The notes beneath the pieces were generated by a model, which saw only the letters and a list, made by a program, of their open reading frames with translations, had not been told where the DNA came from and made no database searches. Positions 10,242-19,431 of a stretch of DNA of 64,000 nt are shown here, piece by piece. Made by a program: the position numbers and the translations under genes. Positions within the stretch are counted from its first letter, which is position 1. Each line of letters begins with the position of its first letter. The stretch lies in contig CAIXHP010000023.1 in the NCBI GenBank assembly GCA_903919315.1, forward strand, positions 30,031 through 94,030, written 5' to 3'. The DNA is from an uncultured Pseudomonadota bacterium. Its GTDB lineage: Bacteria; Pseudomonadota; Alphaproteobacteria; UBA9219.

Positions 10242-10781
10242 ATGGAAAACTTTACGCCATTACCCACCGCCAACCCCGAATGGGGCTTCTGGGGGACAAG
10301 CGAACGCAGCGGCTACGACGTCGATATGACTTGGAACGCCGTAAGCCAAATTCTATCCAGCGAATTCGAACTCACCCCCGAACAGACGCGCGACCTTTTG
10401 GATTCGACGTTTGGCCGCCATCTCTCGGACGACTTGAGTTTCATAAAAGACGGCCCGTCCACATCCGGCGCCATTTACACGCACATCCGCGAACGCCTTG
10501 CCGATTGGAAATGGCGCGGCGAATACGAAAAAGCCGTTCAAGCCGTGAAGCCGGAACAGAAAGTGTCGTCCACGGAGCAACTCATTTTACAGCGAGACAT
10601 GGACTTGGCGCATTTCATTGCCAAGTTTTTCAAAGGCGACCCGGCGCTTTATAACCACCCGCATCCCGAAGACGTCGACTTTCATTTCAGTGAGGATGAC
10701 CCCCTTACGCTTTACGATGTAAAGGCCGCGCTGACCGCTGCCTATGCCGCCGGTTTTAAGATGGGCAAAAACAGGAGATAG
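10242..10781 (+). CDS. hypothetical phage protein with C-terminal DFH...AALxAAxxAG motif
   Basis: ORF 10191..10781; GGAGA RBS favours ATG 10242; C-terminus DVDFHFSEDDPLTLYDVKAALTAAYAAG. Confidence 0.5.
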   Translation: MENFTPLPTANPEWGFWGTSERSGYDVDMTWNAVSQILSSEFELTPEQTRDLLDSTFGRHLSDDLSFIKDGPSTSGAIYTHIRERLADWKWRGEYEKAVQAVKPEQKVSSTEQLILQRDMDLAHFIAKFFKGDPALYNHPHPEDVDFHFSEDDPLTLYDVKAALTAAYAAGFKMGKNRR

Positions 10782-10785
10782 GGCC

Positions 10786-11274
10786 ATGCAAAACAACAAC
10801 GAGCTTTTCACTGCCATCGCAAAACACCACCTCAGCATTGAGACGCTGGAGACACGCAACAGCGACCGTCTTGATTTCCACGACTGCAGCGTCTGGGGCG
10901 TCCGCGCCGCCTTGGAAGCAGCCTTCGAAGCCGGTCGGCGGAAAGCCATGGCCCCGAAGGCCAAGCGAAAACATCCCGCAGATAGCACCTGCTATATCGG
11001 CGCCATTGAAGCCAATCACCACGATCTGGCCGAAACATTCGGCCCGCCTGCAAAAGGCGATGGTTACAAAACCGAGGCCGAGTGGGTCATCATTCTTCCC
11101 AACAAGCAGGTGGCAACTATTTACAACTACAAGAACAGCCGCAGTTATTCACCGGACTGTCCGGAAATCGAAAAGGTCACGAACTGGCACATCGGCGGCC
11201 ACAAACGCGATGCGCTTGATCCGCTTCTCGCTTTGATTGGCGACAAAGCCAAGATTGTGGAGCGTCTTAACTGA
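10786..11274 (+). CDS. hypothetical phage protein with N-terminal DFH...AALxAAxxAG motif
   Basis: CAGGAGA RBS before ATG 10786; N-terminus DRLDFHDCSVWGVRAALEAAFEAG resembles the C-terminus of the upstream gene. Confidence 0.55.
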   Translation: MQNNNELFTAIAKHHLSIETLETRNSDRLDFHDCSVWGVRAALEAAFEAGRRKAMAPKAKRKHPADSTCYIGAIEANHHDLAETFGPPAKGDGYKTEAEWVIILPNKQVATIYNYKNSRSYSPDCPEIEKVTNWHIGGHKRDALDPLLALIGDKAKIVERLN

Positions 11275-11286
11275 AAGGGGTCTGCC

Positions 11287-11493
11287 ATGACAAACGCAAC
11301 GCGATATCCCGACGTCAGTGTTCAACTGACTGGCAACGACGGCAACGCCTTCAATCTTCTTGGCCTATGCCAACGCGCCGCGCGGAAAGCCGGTCTACCG
11401 GACGATCAGATCAAGACATTCATGGCCGAAGCCACCGGCGGCGACTACAATCACTTGCTGGCGACCTGCCAGCGTTGGTTTGACTGTCACTGA
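11287..11493 (+). CDS. small hypothetical protein
   Basis: 68-aa ORF with AAGGGG RBS. Confidence 0.4.
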   Translation: MTNATRYPDVSVQLTGNDGNAFNLLGLCQRAARKAGLPDDQIKTFMAEATGGDYNHLLATCQRWFDCH

Positions 11494-12692
11494 TCGGCCT
11501 TGGCCAGTTCAGCTTTCTTCCCAGTAAACTCCTCCCACCGTTGGACAATCACGTCGCAGTACTTGGGATCCAACTCGATCAGCCGCGCTTGCCGTCCCAG
11601 TTTTTCACAGGCGATCAGCGTGGTGCCGGAACCGCCGAAGCAATCGAGGACAATGTCCCGACTCTTGCTGCTGTTGCGGACGGCGCGTTCCACCAGCTCG
11701 ACCGGCTTCATGGTCGGGTGAAGATCATTGACGCGTTGCTTGTTGACGAACCACACATCGCCTTGATCGCGCGCGCCGCACCAGAAATGATCTGTGCCTT
11801 GCTTCCAGCCATAAAGGATCGGTTCGTACTGGCGCTGGTAATCAGACCGGCCCAGCGTGAACGTGTTCTTCGCCCAGATGACGAAGGTCGACCATTTGCC
11901 TCCCGCAGCGACGAACGCTTTCTGCAGCGTGTGTAGTTCAGAGGACGACATGCAAACGTAAATCGCGCCCTTGCACACCGCGAGCATATTGACGCTGGCG
12001 TCGTACAGAAACTTTTCAAACCCGTCGCCAAGATTGTCGTTCATGATGGTGCGGTTGTTGCCGCGCATCTTATCCTTGGCGGTGTTGCCATAATCGACGT
12101 TATACGGCGGGTCGGTAAAAACCATGTCTGCCAAAGCGCCGTTCAGAACCTTTTCGACGTTCGCCAGCACGGTGCTGTCGCCGCACAGCAGACGATGATT
12201 GCCAAGGACATAAATATCGCCGGGCTTGGTAACAGGCTCGACGGGAACCTCCGGCACGGCATCTTCATCGGTGTTGCCGGTTGCCGTGTCATCTTCCAGA
12301 AGATCGTTGAGTTCGTTTTCGTCAAAGCCAAGCAAGGAGAGATCAACATCTTCCTCTTGCAACCGCGCTACCTCCGCCGCGAGCATGGCTTCGTCCCATG
12401 CGCTGTTTTCCGCGATGCGGTTGTCAGCGATGCGATAGGCGCGGGCTTGCGCCTCGGTAAGATGGCCGAGACAGATGACCGGCACTTCCGTCAGACCCAG
12501 CTTGCGCGCGCCGAGAAGCCGCCCGTGTCCCGCGATCAGGATCCCGCGCTCGTCGACTAGACAGGGCGCATTGAATCCGAACTCGGCAATGCTGGCCGCT
12601 ATCTGTGCGACTTGCGCTTCGTCATGCGTCCGCGCATTGGCGGCATAGGGCAACAGGCGCTCGACCGGCCATTGTTCAACGGACAGGGTCAT
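11487..12692 (-). CDS. ParB-like nuclease domain fused to DNA methyltransferase (DPPY motif; N6-adenine/N4-cytosine class)
   Basis: N-terminal ParB motifs (ILIAGHGRLLGARKLG); Ado-Met MTase motifs DPPY and FGGSGTT. Confidence 0.85.
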   Translation of the reverse strand: MTLSVEQWPVERLLPYAANARTHDEAQVAQIAASIAEFGFNAPCLVDERGILIAGHGRLLGARKLGLTEVPVICLGHLTEAQARAYRIADNRIAENSAWDEAMLAAEVARLQEEDVDLSLLGFDENELNDLLEDDTATGNTDEDAVPEVPVEPVTKPGDIYVLGNHRLLCGDSTVLANVEKVLNGALADMVFTDPPYNVDYGNTAKDKMRGNNRTIMNDNLGDGFEKFLYDASVNMLAVCKGAIYVCMSSSELHTLQKAFVAAGGKWSTFVIWAKNTFTLGRSDYQRQYEPILYGWKQGTDHFWCGARDQGDVWFVNKQRVNDLHPTMKPVELVERAVRNSSKSRDIVLDCFGGSGTTLIACEKLGRQARLIELDPKYCDVIVQRWEEFTGKKAELAKADQ

Positions 12693-14134
12693 GCGGCCGC
12701 ACTTTCATTGGTCAGGGATACACCGCGCGCGGCGGCGGTTTCTTCAAAACTGGTGCCTTCGCCGTCAAGCGTGACAGGGACAGCGGGAAAGATTTCGCGC
12801 CAACGGCGGACGCAAACGTCCACATATTCGGGCGCGAGTTCCATGGCGCGAACCTTGCGTCCCGTCTGTTCTCCAGCGATCAGGGTCGTGCCGGAACCGC
12901 AGAAAGGTTCATAAACGATTTCGTCCGGTGCGCTGTAGGCCTCTATGATGAACGCTGGCAAGCGCACGGGAAACACGGCGGGATGTTCCGTTTCGACGCC
13001 GCGAGCCTTGTGGCGCGTGATGCGAATGACGTTGTCCGGTATACGATGATCCTGCACAGGCTGTTCGGCATGCGTCCATTTGCCGACCGTGCCGTCCTTC
13101 TCGCGCAGTCCCCCTTCATCGTCGTGCATGATGTGGCCAGCCCATTTGCACGGCACGATCTTGTTGGGCCTTCTGGCTTGCCGGTTGAAGTGAAAGATAA
13201 ACTCAAACGCTGGTGCAAAACGCCCGGCCCAGTCTCCCGGCATACCGGTGCCCTGATCCCAAACGTACAAACCAAAGCGCCGCCAATTTTTGGTGCGCAT
13301 CCATTCAAGCCAACTCTGCCAATAAAGCTGCCACTCGTTATCGCGATGAATGAGACCGAGATTGACAAGTACCTGACCGTCATCGCGCATGGGCAGGTTG
13401 GCAAACACGCCCTGCATCAAAGCGTCCCAATCGCTGATGCCGCCGGTCGTGTAATTGCGTTGGTTGCCATACGGCGGCGACGTGAAAAGCAGATGCGCCT
13501 GCTCGCCATCCATCAAGTGGGCGATTGCAGAAGCATCCATGCTGTCGCCGCACAGCAATCGGTGTCCGCCCAACCGCCACAAGTCTCCCGTGCGGCTGAC
13601 GGGAGTGCGTGGTGGCTCCGGCGTTTTGTCTTCGTCTGTGTCGTTGCCGTCGCCTGCAGTTTCTTGTTCGTCCTGCAGCGGCGCGAGCAGACGATCAACT
13701 TCACTTTCGTCGAAGCCGGTCAAAGACAAATCAAACCCTGAGCCATTGAGCGCATGCATCTCTGCCGCCAAAACCTCTTCGTCCCATCCTGCCTGCAGGG
13801 CAAGTTGATTGTCGGCGATAACGTAGGCGCGACGTTGCGCGGGCGTCAGATGATCAAGGATGATGACGGGGACTTCCTCAAGGCCCAGTTGCCGCGCGGC
13901 TTCCAATCGTCCATGTCCCGCAATCACCGTGCCGTCACTTGCCACGAGCAGCGGATTTGTGAAACCGTATTCCACGATGCTCGCTGCCAGTTGCGCGACC
14001 TGCGCCGCGCTGTGCGTGCGCGGGTTTCGCGCATAGGGCGCAAGCCGATCGATCGGCCAGTGCTCGACGGTAGCGGGAAGCGTGATGTTGGGCATGAAGG
14101 CTCGTCGTGGTGGATTCTGGAGTGGATACCGCAC
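12689..14134 (-). CDS. ParB-like nuclease domain fused to DNA methyltransferase (SPPY motif)
   Basis: N-terminal ParB motifs (VIAGHGRLEAARQLG); SPPY and FCGSGTT motifs; track ORF begins at GTG 14134, alternative ATG at 14095; 4-bp overlap with the downstream MTase. Confidence 0.8.
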   Translation of the reverse strand: MRYPLQNPPRRAFMPNITLPATVEHWPIDRLAPYARNPRTHSAAQVAQLAASIVEYGFTNPLLVASDGTVIAGHGRLEAARQLGLEEVPVIILDHLTPAQRRAYVIADNQLALQAGWDEEVLAAEMHALNGSGFDLSLTGFDESEVDRLLAPLQDEQETAGDGNDTDEDKTPEPPRTPVSRTGDLWRLGGHRLLCGDSMDASAIAHLMDGEQAHLLFTSPPYGNQRNYTTGGISDWDALMQGVFANLPMRDDGQVLVNLGLIHRDNEWQLYWQSWLEWMRTKNWRRFGLYVWDQGTGMPGDWAGRFAPAFEFIFHFNRQARRPNKIVPCKWAGHIMHDDEGGLREKDGTVGKWTHAEQPVQDHRIPDNVIRITRHKARGVETEHPAVFPVRLPAFIIEAYSAPDEIVYEPFCGSGTTLIAGEQTGRKVRAMELAPEYVDVCVRRWREIFPAVPVTLDGEGTSFEETAAARGVSLTNESAAA

Positions 14135-14367
14135 CGGATGCCATGCTGGATTCTTTGGCGGCTTCCGTGGTTCGTGGCTTGGGTCTGTTTTATTGGCCCA
14201 ACCGTTTGAAACGTTGGCGCTGTGTTGGCTTTAGAGGCGGCTGCCGCCTATTAGGTGGCTTCCCGCTTTTCATCGCTGTGCGTGGCGAAGTCCCGCGCGT
14301 TTGCCGCCAGCATACGCTGAGGCCCACACAGGACCCGCGATTAACGGCAACAGCGCGGCTGTTTGGC

Positions 14368-14850
14368 AACACTGTGAACTGTGAGACAGCGTCGAACGAG
14401 ACGAGCAATCTGTTTTGCTTTTCCACTCACAACCTTTTTGATCATTGCTGAATGTGGACACATGTTCGAACAGTGTCCAACAGTGTCGAACGAGCGTCGA
14501 TCATCTGTGGCGCGTTTCTTGCGCCGAACCTTTCTGGTTATTGCTGAATCTCACCACACATCCGGACAGTGTTGAACGACATGTACATGAGATTGAGCAA
14601 TCTTCGGATCGACTGTCGCTGCAAACCCGACCACACATTGCTCACTGTGGAAACATGTTCGTACAGTGTCACATGACATTCCGTGACGTTCAGCAATCTG
14701 TGGCGCTTATCGCGCTCTGTTCTTGTCCGATGATTGCTCGATCATGTAGATCATGTTCGACGGTGTCGCACAGTGTTCGACCATGACCAGCAATCTTCGA
14801 TGCGACGCTTGCGCCTAACCGATCCGGTTATTGCTGGTTTTGCGGATGAT
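14368..14850. repeat. array of about 5 spaced inverted repeats (AGCAATCT ... 30-40 bp ... TTATTGCTG) alternating with GTTCGAACAGTGT-type motifs
   Basis: Read directly in the non-coding region between the MTase gene and the 15033 gene. Confidence 0.7.
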
Positions 14851-15032
14851 GTGGGGATGATGTTCGAGACTATGTCGCGTCATGATCGGGCTTTTGCCGT
14901 TTGCCCGCCGCGCGTAACTCTCTCGACCATGCCAAAAAATATGCCAGAAAATGCACAAAGTGCGCAGAACTAAAATGCGTACGACTTTTTCCAATGATTT
15001 GAATCGTTTAACCGATTTTTGCGCCTTTTTCC

Positions 15033-15464
15033 TTATCCGTTTCGGATCATCCGCTTGTAGGGAAAGTCAAATTTCTCTTCCGGATGGGCAAGCCGATGCG
15101 TGATTTTGACGAGCGCAACGCGCCAGTCATGCTGTAGTTTACTCACTGACCAGCCTGTCAGCCTCCCGATGGCTTTCCACCGAATGCCGCATGCGCGGAG
15201 CCAAACGAGTTTGACATCATCGCTCTCAAGCCACATCAGCCAACGCAACGCTTCGTCCATTTCGGTGATGTGCCGTGGCGATGGCGGGCCGGGATGAATG
15301 TGCGCATCTTCCCAGCCGTAGGCTTCCATGGACTCGCGCACAATGGCTGGCCATGTTCCGAAGAAACCTTGCACGGCAACTTTGGGCAGTCGCTTGAGCG
15401 TATGCGCGGCTTGTTCAAGCCGGTCAGCGACGTCGACGACCGTGATGCGCTTGCTGCGGTTCAT
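15033..15464 (-). CDS. phage regulatory protein (putative HTH; hypothetical)
   Basis: ORF 15033..15509; ATG 15464 forms an ATGA overlap with the upstream gene's stop. Confidence 0.5.
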   Translation of the reverse strand: MNRSKRITVVDVADRLEQAAHTLKRLPKVAVQGFFGTWPAIVRESMEAYGWEDAHIHPGPPSPRHITEMDEALRWLMWLESDDVKLVWLRACGIRWKAIGRLTGWSVSKLQHDWRVALVKITHRLAHPEEKFDFPYKRMIRNG

Positions 15465-15778
15465 GGCCGCGCTCCATAGGCGCCGACCTTGAGCATCGCG
15501 CGCGCCCATGCGCAGTTGTCGATTTTGGCAAATTGCAAAAGCGCAATGCGCGCTTCCTCAAGCGTGGTGAAGCCGTAGCGCAAAAGCAATTCACCGAAGA
15601 CAGCTTCGGGCGGCATGCTCTTCCCGTGCATCCAGGACGCCCACACAGCGCCGCTTGAGCAGGTGCGCTCTTCGGCAGGGTCGTAGCGATCACGTACGCG
15701 CACGTCATAGACGCGCCCAGTGTGGGAACAGTTCCAATAAATTTTTGCGTCACGCGCTTTGATCAGGGTTGCTGTCAT
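15461..15778 (-). CDS. hypothetical phage protein
   Basis: 105 aa; AAGGAGG RBS 8 bp upstream of ATG 15778. Confidence 0.55.
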   Translation of the reverse strand: MTATLIKARDAKIYWNCSHTGRVYDVRVRDRYDPAEERTCSSGAVWASWMHGKSMPPEAVFGELLLRYGFTTLEEARIALLQFAKIDNCAWARAMLKVGAYGARP

Positions 15779-15921
15779 CGCTCATGCCTCCTTCGTTGGT
15801 GATGGGAAAAATGGAGCTTGGTTTTTGGGCAGGACACCTTGTGCCCGTGCGCAACTCCCTCGACCGATGGAGGAGAGAACGCTGAAAGCGTCTCTCTCTC
15901 CCGTAGGGAGAGTGGGTTTTT

Positions 15922-16124
15922 GTGAATCTGTGAATCTGGAATAAGCGCCTGAAATAAAAGGCGTATTTTCTAGATTTACAGATTCACGCGCCAGATTCCG
16001 GGGAATCTGGAAATCGCCTTTAAGTGACTGATAATAAATACGTATTCTAGATTCACAGATTCCCGTCGCGTCCAGATTCACGTAAATCTGGCCTAGATTC
16101 ACGCCGCCAAGGGGCAGATTCACG
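15922..16124. repeat. iteron-like array, about 12 copies of AGATTCAC/GTGAATCT with AT-rich patches (putative phage origin or regulatory site)
   Basis: Direct reading: motif copies at 15922, 15930, 15980, 15993, 16003, 16048, 16057, 16074, 16095, 16117 among others; each contains a GANTC site. Confidence 0.75.
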
Positions 16125-16155
16125 CGCGGGTTGGCGGGGTTTTGGAGAGCAAAAT

Positions 16156-18348
16156 TCATGGCTCAACCCCCTCGTGGTAGACCCAGATTTCGGGGTTCTC
16201 GACCGGCAAAATGGCACCGTCGCCAGGCTGCTTGAAATGGGTCGGAAGTAGGAGGGTCATGATGTCCGTGATCTCTCCTGTCTCAGGATCGACGGTCGGT
16301 TCGGCACGCGGAATTTCCATGCCTTCGATGCACATCATGCCGTACTTGCTCTTGGCTCCACGTCCTTCCTTGTTGAACTTGATGAAGCCCTTTGTTGTCA
16401 GAACGTCGATGCGGTCATGAATAGAATGGCGGCCACCGAGGCCTGCCTTGTTTTCGAAGGCTTGGCAGAATTGGCTCGGCGAGTAGAGATGGCCGCGCCG
16501 CGCTTCGTCGAACAGCAATTGCAGGATCACGTCATGACGGCGGCGGCGTTCGTTATCGAGTTTTTCGCCATGATCCTTGTTCACGAGTCTCTTCGAATGA
16601 CGCTCGACCTCGCGCCAGATGCCGTTGATTTTCTCGATGCCTTTTGTCGGGATCGATTGGCCATTGCGCAGTTCGAACATCAATTCGCGCATGGGCTGCT
16701 GCTCGTCAGGGCGGAACATAATGATGCCGGTGGTGTAAAAGCTGCGCAGGCTTGCGGCGCCACTGAGAGCCTGAAAGGGGTCGTCCTCCAGCATTCTCTT
16801 GGTGATTTTCTTGGTGTGGTGGGCGAGAATGATGCCAGCGTTGGGGTTGACCAGAAAACGCAGCTTTTCCACACGATCCTGAAGGAACGCGAGCATGGCG
16901 GTGTTGTCATTTTCATTGCCGCCTTCGCCCGGATCGAACACGTTGCGCAAAGGGTCGATGACGATAACGTCCAGAAGAGCGGGGTCGAAAAACCGCAAAA
17001 TGGCGTCGCGCACCATCTCGACGCCCTTGTCGTCGAGGAGCATGCGCACTTGCGACGTGATGACGAGGTTGTCCCGAACGAGAGGCAGGAACATCGGATC
17101 GAACTTCATCTGCTTCAGGCGTTCGCGCAGGTAGTAATAGCCAATCTCCGCCTGCAGATAGAAAATCCTGAGAGGCCTTGGCGGCTTCATACCGAGAAAA
17201 GCAAGTCCCGCCGCCATGTGTGCGAGAATGATCAAAAGCAAGTCCGTCTTGCCGACTTTCGGCGCGCCACCGAACACCGTAAGCCCGCCCGGCGTCAGGA
17301 TGCGCGGCGCGATCAAATCTTCCGGCATGGGGCTGTCGTCATCGAGAATAGCGCCGACGGTATAGGCAGGAACTGTGGCGACTGGCGCGGCGGCGATGGA
17401 TTCGGGGTGAGCGGTGTCGATGAACACGCGAACGTCCACGCCCTCGGCGCACGCGTCTGCCGCATCCCAGCCTTCGGATTTGTTCTCAGGAAGGGGAATG
17501 ATGCCAACGCTGGTCGCATTGGCGGCGAGAACGGCTTTGGCGGCCGCATGCGCGTAGGACGCGCCCGGCGCATCGTTGTCCGGCCAGATCAGCACCTGTT
17601 TTCCGGCCAGAGGCGACCAGTCTGTTTTGTCGGTTGGCGCATTGGATCCGCACACGGCGCTGGTGGCCGGTACGCCTGCGGCGATAAGCGCATCTGCCGC
17701 TTTCTCGCCCTCGACCAGAATGACCTTTTCGGCGCTTGCGATGCCTTTCTGGTTGTAAAGCGGGCGGCCTGATTTAGGTGCCTCGGCTTTTTTGGTAGCG
17801 GCGTTCCATATTCTGAAGCTCTTTTTCTTCTTGCCTTTTTCGTCCACGAACTCATGCCGATAAACAACGAGCTGAATGATGCCGTTGGCATCCGTGTAAT
17901 TGTACTGCGCGACGGGTGGCCCGATGTCGGGCTGGGATTTAACGGATTTGGCAGTTTTTGCGGTTGGCGTCGGCTCGCGCTCCGCCATGTTCAAAAATGA
18001 GGCGATGTTCCTGATCGCGGTCGTATAGTCTTCTCTCTGGACGATTTTCCAGAGGTCTATCAGATCGCCGAACTTCTGGCCGGTGGCAAAGTCTTCGCCC
18101 ACGCCCATCTTGTTCTTGCGCACGCTGATCTTGAGGCTTTCGCCCGGCGCGCCATAAACATCGCCGCACTGGAACTCTTCGCCGACATAAACGCCGTTCG
18201 GTAAAAGATGATCAAGGATCTGACGATAGCAGTCGGCCATGCGCTCTTTAAGTCGCGCGACATCGATTTTGGCGCGTGGATCTGGCCCGCCTTGCTTGCG
18301 GGCGTCATTAAAATCCATCTCAGACGCCATGCCAGCACCGCTTGGCAT
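16156..18348 (-). CDS. DNA primase/helicase (Toprim domain + RecA-like AAA_25 helicase domain)
   Basis: Toprim motifs VILVEGEKAADAL and WPDNDAPG; Walker A GGAPKVGKTDLLL; 730 aa. Confidence 0.8.
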   Translation of the reverse strand: MPSGAGMASEMDFNDARKQGGPDPRAKIDVARLKERMADCYRQILDHLLPNGVYVGEEFQCGDVYGAPGESLKISVRKNKMGVGEDFATGQKFGDLIDLWKIVQREDYTTAIRNIASFLNMAEREPTPTAKTAKSVKSQPDIGPPVAQYNYTDANGIIQLVVYRHEFVDEKGKKKKSFRIWNAATKKAEAPKSGRPLYNQKGIASAEKVILVEGEKAADALIAAGVPATSAVCGSNAPTDKTDWSPLAGKQVLIWPDNDAPGASYAHAAAKAVLAANATSVGIIPLPENKSEGWDAADACAEGVDVRVFIDTAHPESIAAAPVATVPAYTVGAILDDDSPMPEDLIAPRILTPGGLTVFGGAPKVGKTDLLLIILAHMAAGLAFLGMKPPRPLRIFYLQAEIGYYYLRERLKQMKFDPMFLPLVRDNLVITSQVRMLLDDKGVEMVRDAILRFFDPALLDVIVIDPLRNVFDPGEGGNENDNTAMLAFLQDRVEKLRFLVNPNAGIILAHHTKKITKRMLEDDPFQALSGAASLRSFYTTGIIMFRPDEQQPMRELMFELRNGQSIPTKGIEKINGIWREVERHSKRLVNKDHGEKLDNERRRRHDVILQLLFDEARRGHLYSPSQFCQAFENKAGLGGRHSIHDRIDVLTTKGFIKFNKEGRGAKSKYGMMCIEGMEIPRAEPTVDPETGEITDIMTLLLPTHFKQPGDGAILPVENPEIWVYHEGVEP

Positions 18349-19093
18349 ACGGGCAGAACTTGCATTCGTAATAGTCAGGGTTGGCTGCCATGCGCGGAAG
18401 AAGCTGTCCGGCTTCCGTTGCTCGAAGAATGTTCACAGCCTTGTCACTGACGCTTTGCGCAAGGGAGCAGTCGAACGGCACAAGCTCGTGGTAAAGCTCT
18501 TCAGTATCTTTGTTGAGCGCCGTGAAGAGCGCGGGATTCTGCGCAAGATCGGGCATGTAGCCCTGATAGAGGGCGAGTTGCGCGGCGTAGAGCGGCTTGG
18601 AAATCGCAAGCCCGCGCTTCACGACATCCTGCCAGCTTTTGTCCTTGAGAGCCTTGTGCTCCCACAGCATGGGATATGATAGAAACGATGGCCCGCCGAC
18701 GATTACGCCATCGATGTGGCCCTTGATGCGGCCTTTGGCGACCGAAAACCCGAATTGTTTTCCGTCCGCTTTTTCCGTGAGCAGCGCAAAGCCTGCCGCT
18801 CGTAGCCATTTGATCGACAACGCCTCAAACTGATGCCCCGCGTCAAAGATACGCAGCGTTTGCCCGTCAAAATCCGCACCTTCGTCTTTCGGCGCACCGG
18901 CATATTCGTATTGGATGCGGCGGGTGCAGGCGTTGCCGAGCATCGATGCGCCCAGATATTCGCGGCGCGGCTGTTTCTGGCGTTCGGCAATCAACGCCGC
19001 GTTGACCAGATCATTGATGCGTTCGCCAATGGGTACCGAGCGCGGATCAACAGGGGTACGTTCGGAACCATGGTTGAAATCGAGCATGCTCAA
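18320..19093 (-). CDS. Cas4-like PD-(D/E)XK exonuclease with Fe-S cysteines
   Basis: Catalytic motifs GHIDGVIV and EHK; Cys pattern C(N-terminal)...CKFCPYAKRC, i.e. C-x2-C-x5-C, as in Cas4/DUF83 nucleases. Confidence 0.65.
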   Translation of the reverse strand: MSMLDFNHGSERTPVDPRSVPIGERINDLVNAALIAERQKQPRREYLGASMLGNACTRRIQYEYAGAPKDEGADFDGQTLRIFDAGHQFEALSIKWLRAAGFALLTEKADGKQFGFSVAKGRIKGHIDGVIVGGPSFLSYPMLWEHKALKDKSWQDVVKRGLAISKPLYAAQLALYQGYMPDLAQNPALFTALNKDTEELYHELVPFDCSLAQSVSDKAVNILRATEAGQLLPRMAANPDYYECKFCPYAKRCWHGV

Positions 19094-19431
19094 AACGGCA
19101 CCTCAGGGCTGCCCTTGCGCATCTCGTTCTGAAAGGCCGTGACGATGACCTCGATCAGCGTCAGCACCTGTTCTTTGCTGTAGGCCGACAAGGGCTTGTC
19201 CATGCCAATTTCGGCCACGCATTCGCCAAGTGGCATCAGACACGCCCGTATGGCGGCGCGTTCAAAATCCGTCATGTCAACCATGCCGTTGTTCTCCTTG
19301 AATAGCTGTGCGTAAAGATTGAGGCAGCGCATGCTGCAGAAACGGCGCGCGGGTTTTTTCGGCTGCTTTATAAGAGCGGGGGAAAAGCCGAAGCCGTGCT
19401 GCTCGCGATAACAAATGGCACACCATCTCAC
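19090..19431 (-). CDS. hypothetical phage protein (N-terminal Cys-rich)
   Basis: 113-aa ORF with 4-bp overlaps on both sides. Confidence 0.45.
   Translation of the reverse strand: MRWCAICYREQHGFGFSPALIKQPKKPARRFCSMRCLNLYAQLFKENNGMVDMTDFERAAIRACLMPLGECVAEIGMDKPLSAYSKEQVLTLIEVIVTAFQNEMRKGSPEVPF

Noticed and set aside
14190-14973. Possible CRISPR array
   Set aside because: The repeats are imperfect spaced inverted repeats with variable units, no uniform repeat/spacer periodicity, and no cas genes nearby.
15782-16159. 125-aa minus-strand ORF (MNFALQNPANPRVNLPLGGVNL...)
   Set aside because: It runs straight through the AGATTCAC iteron array; the repetitive VNL/NL peptide reflects the DNA repeats, not a protein.
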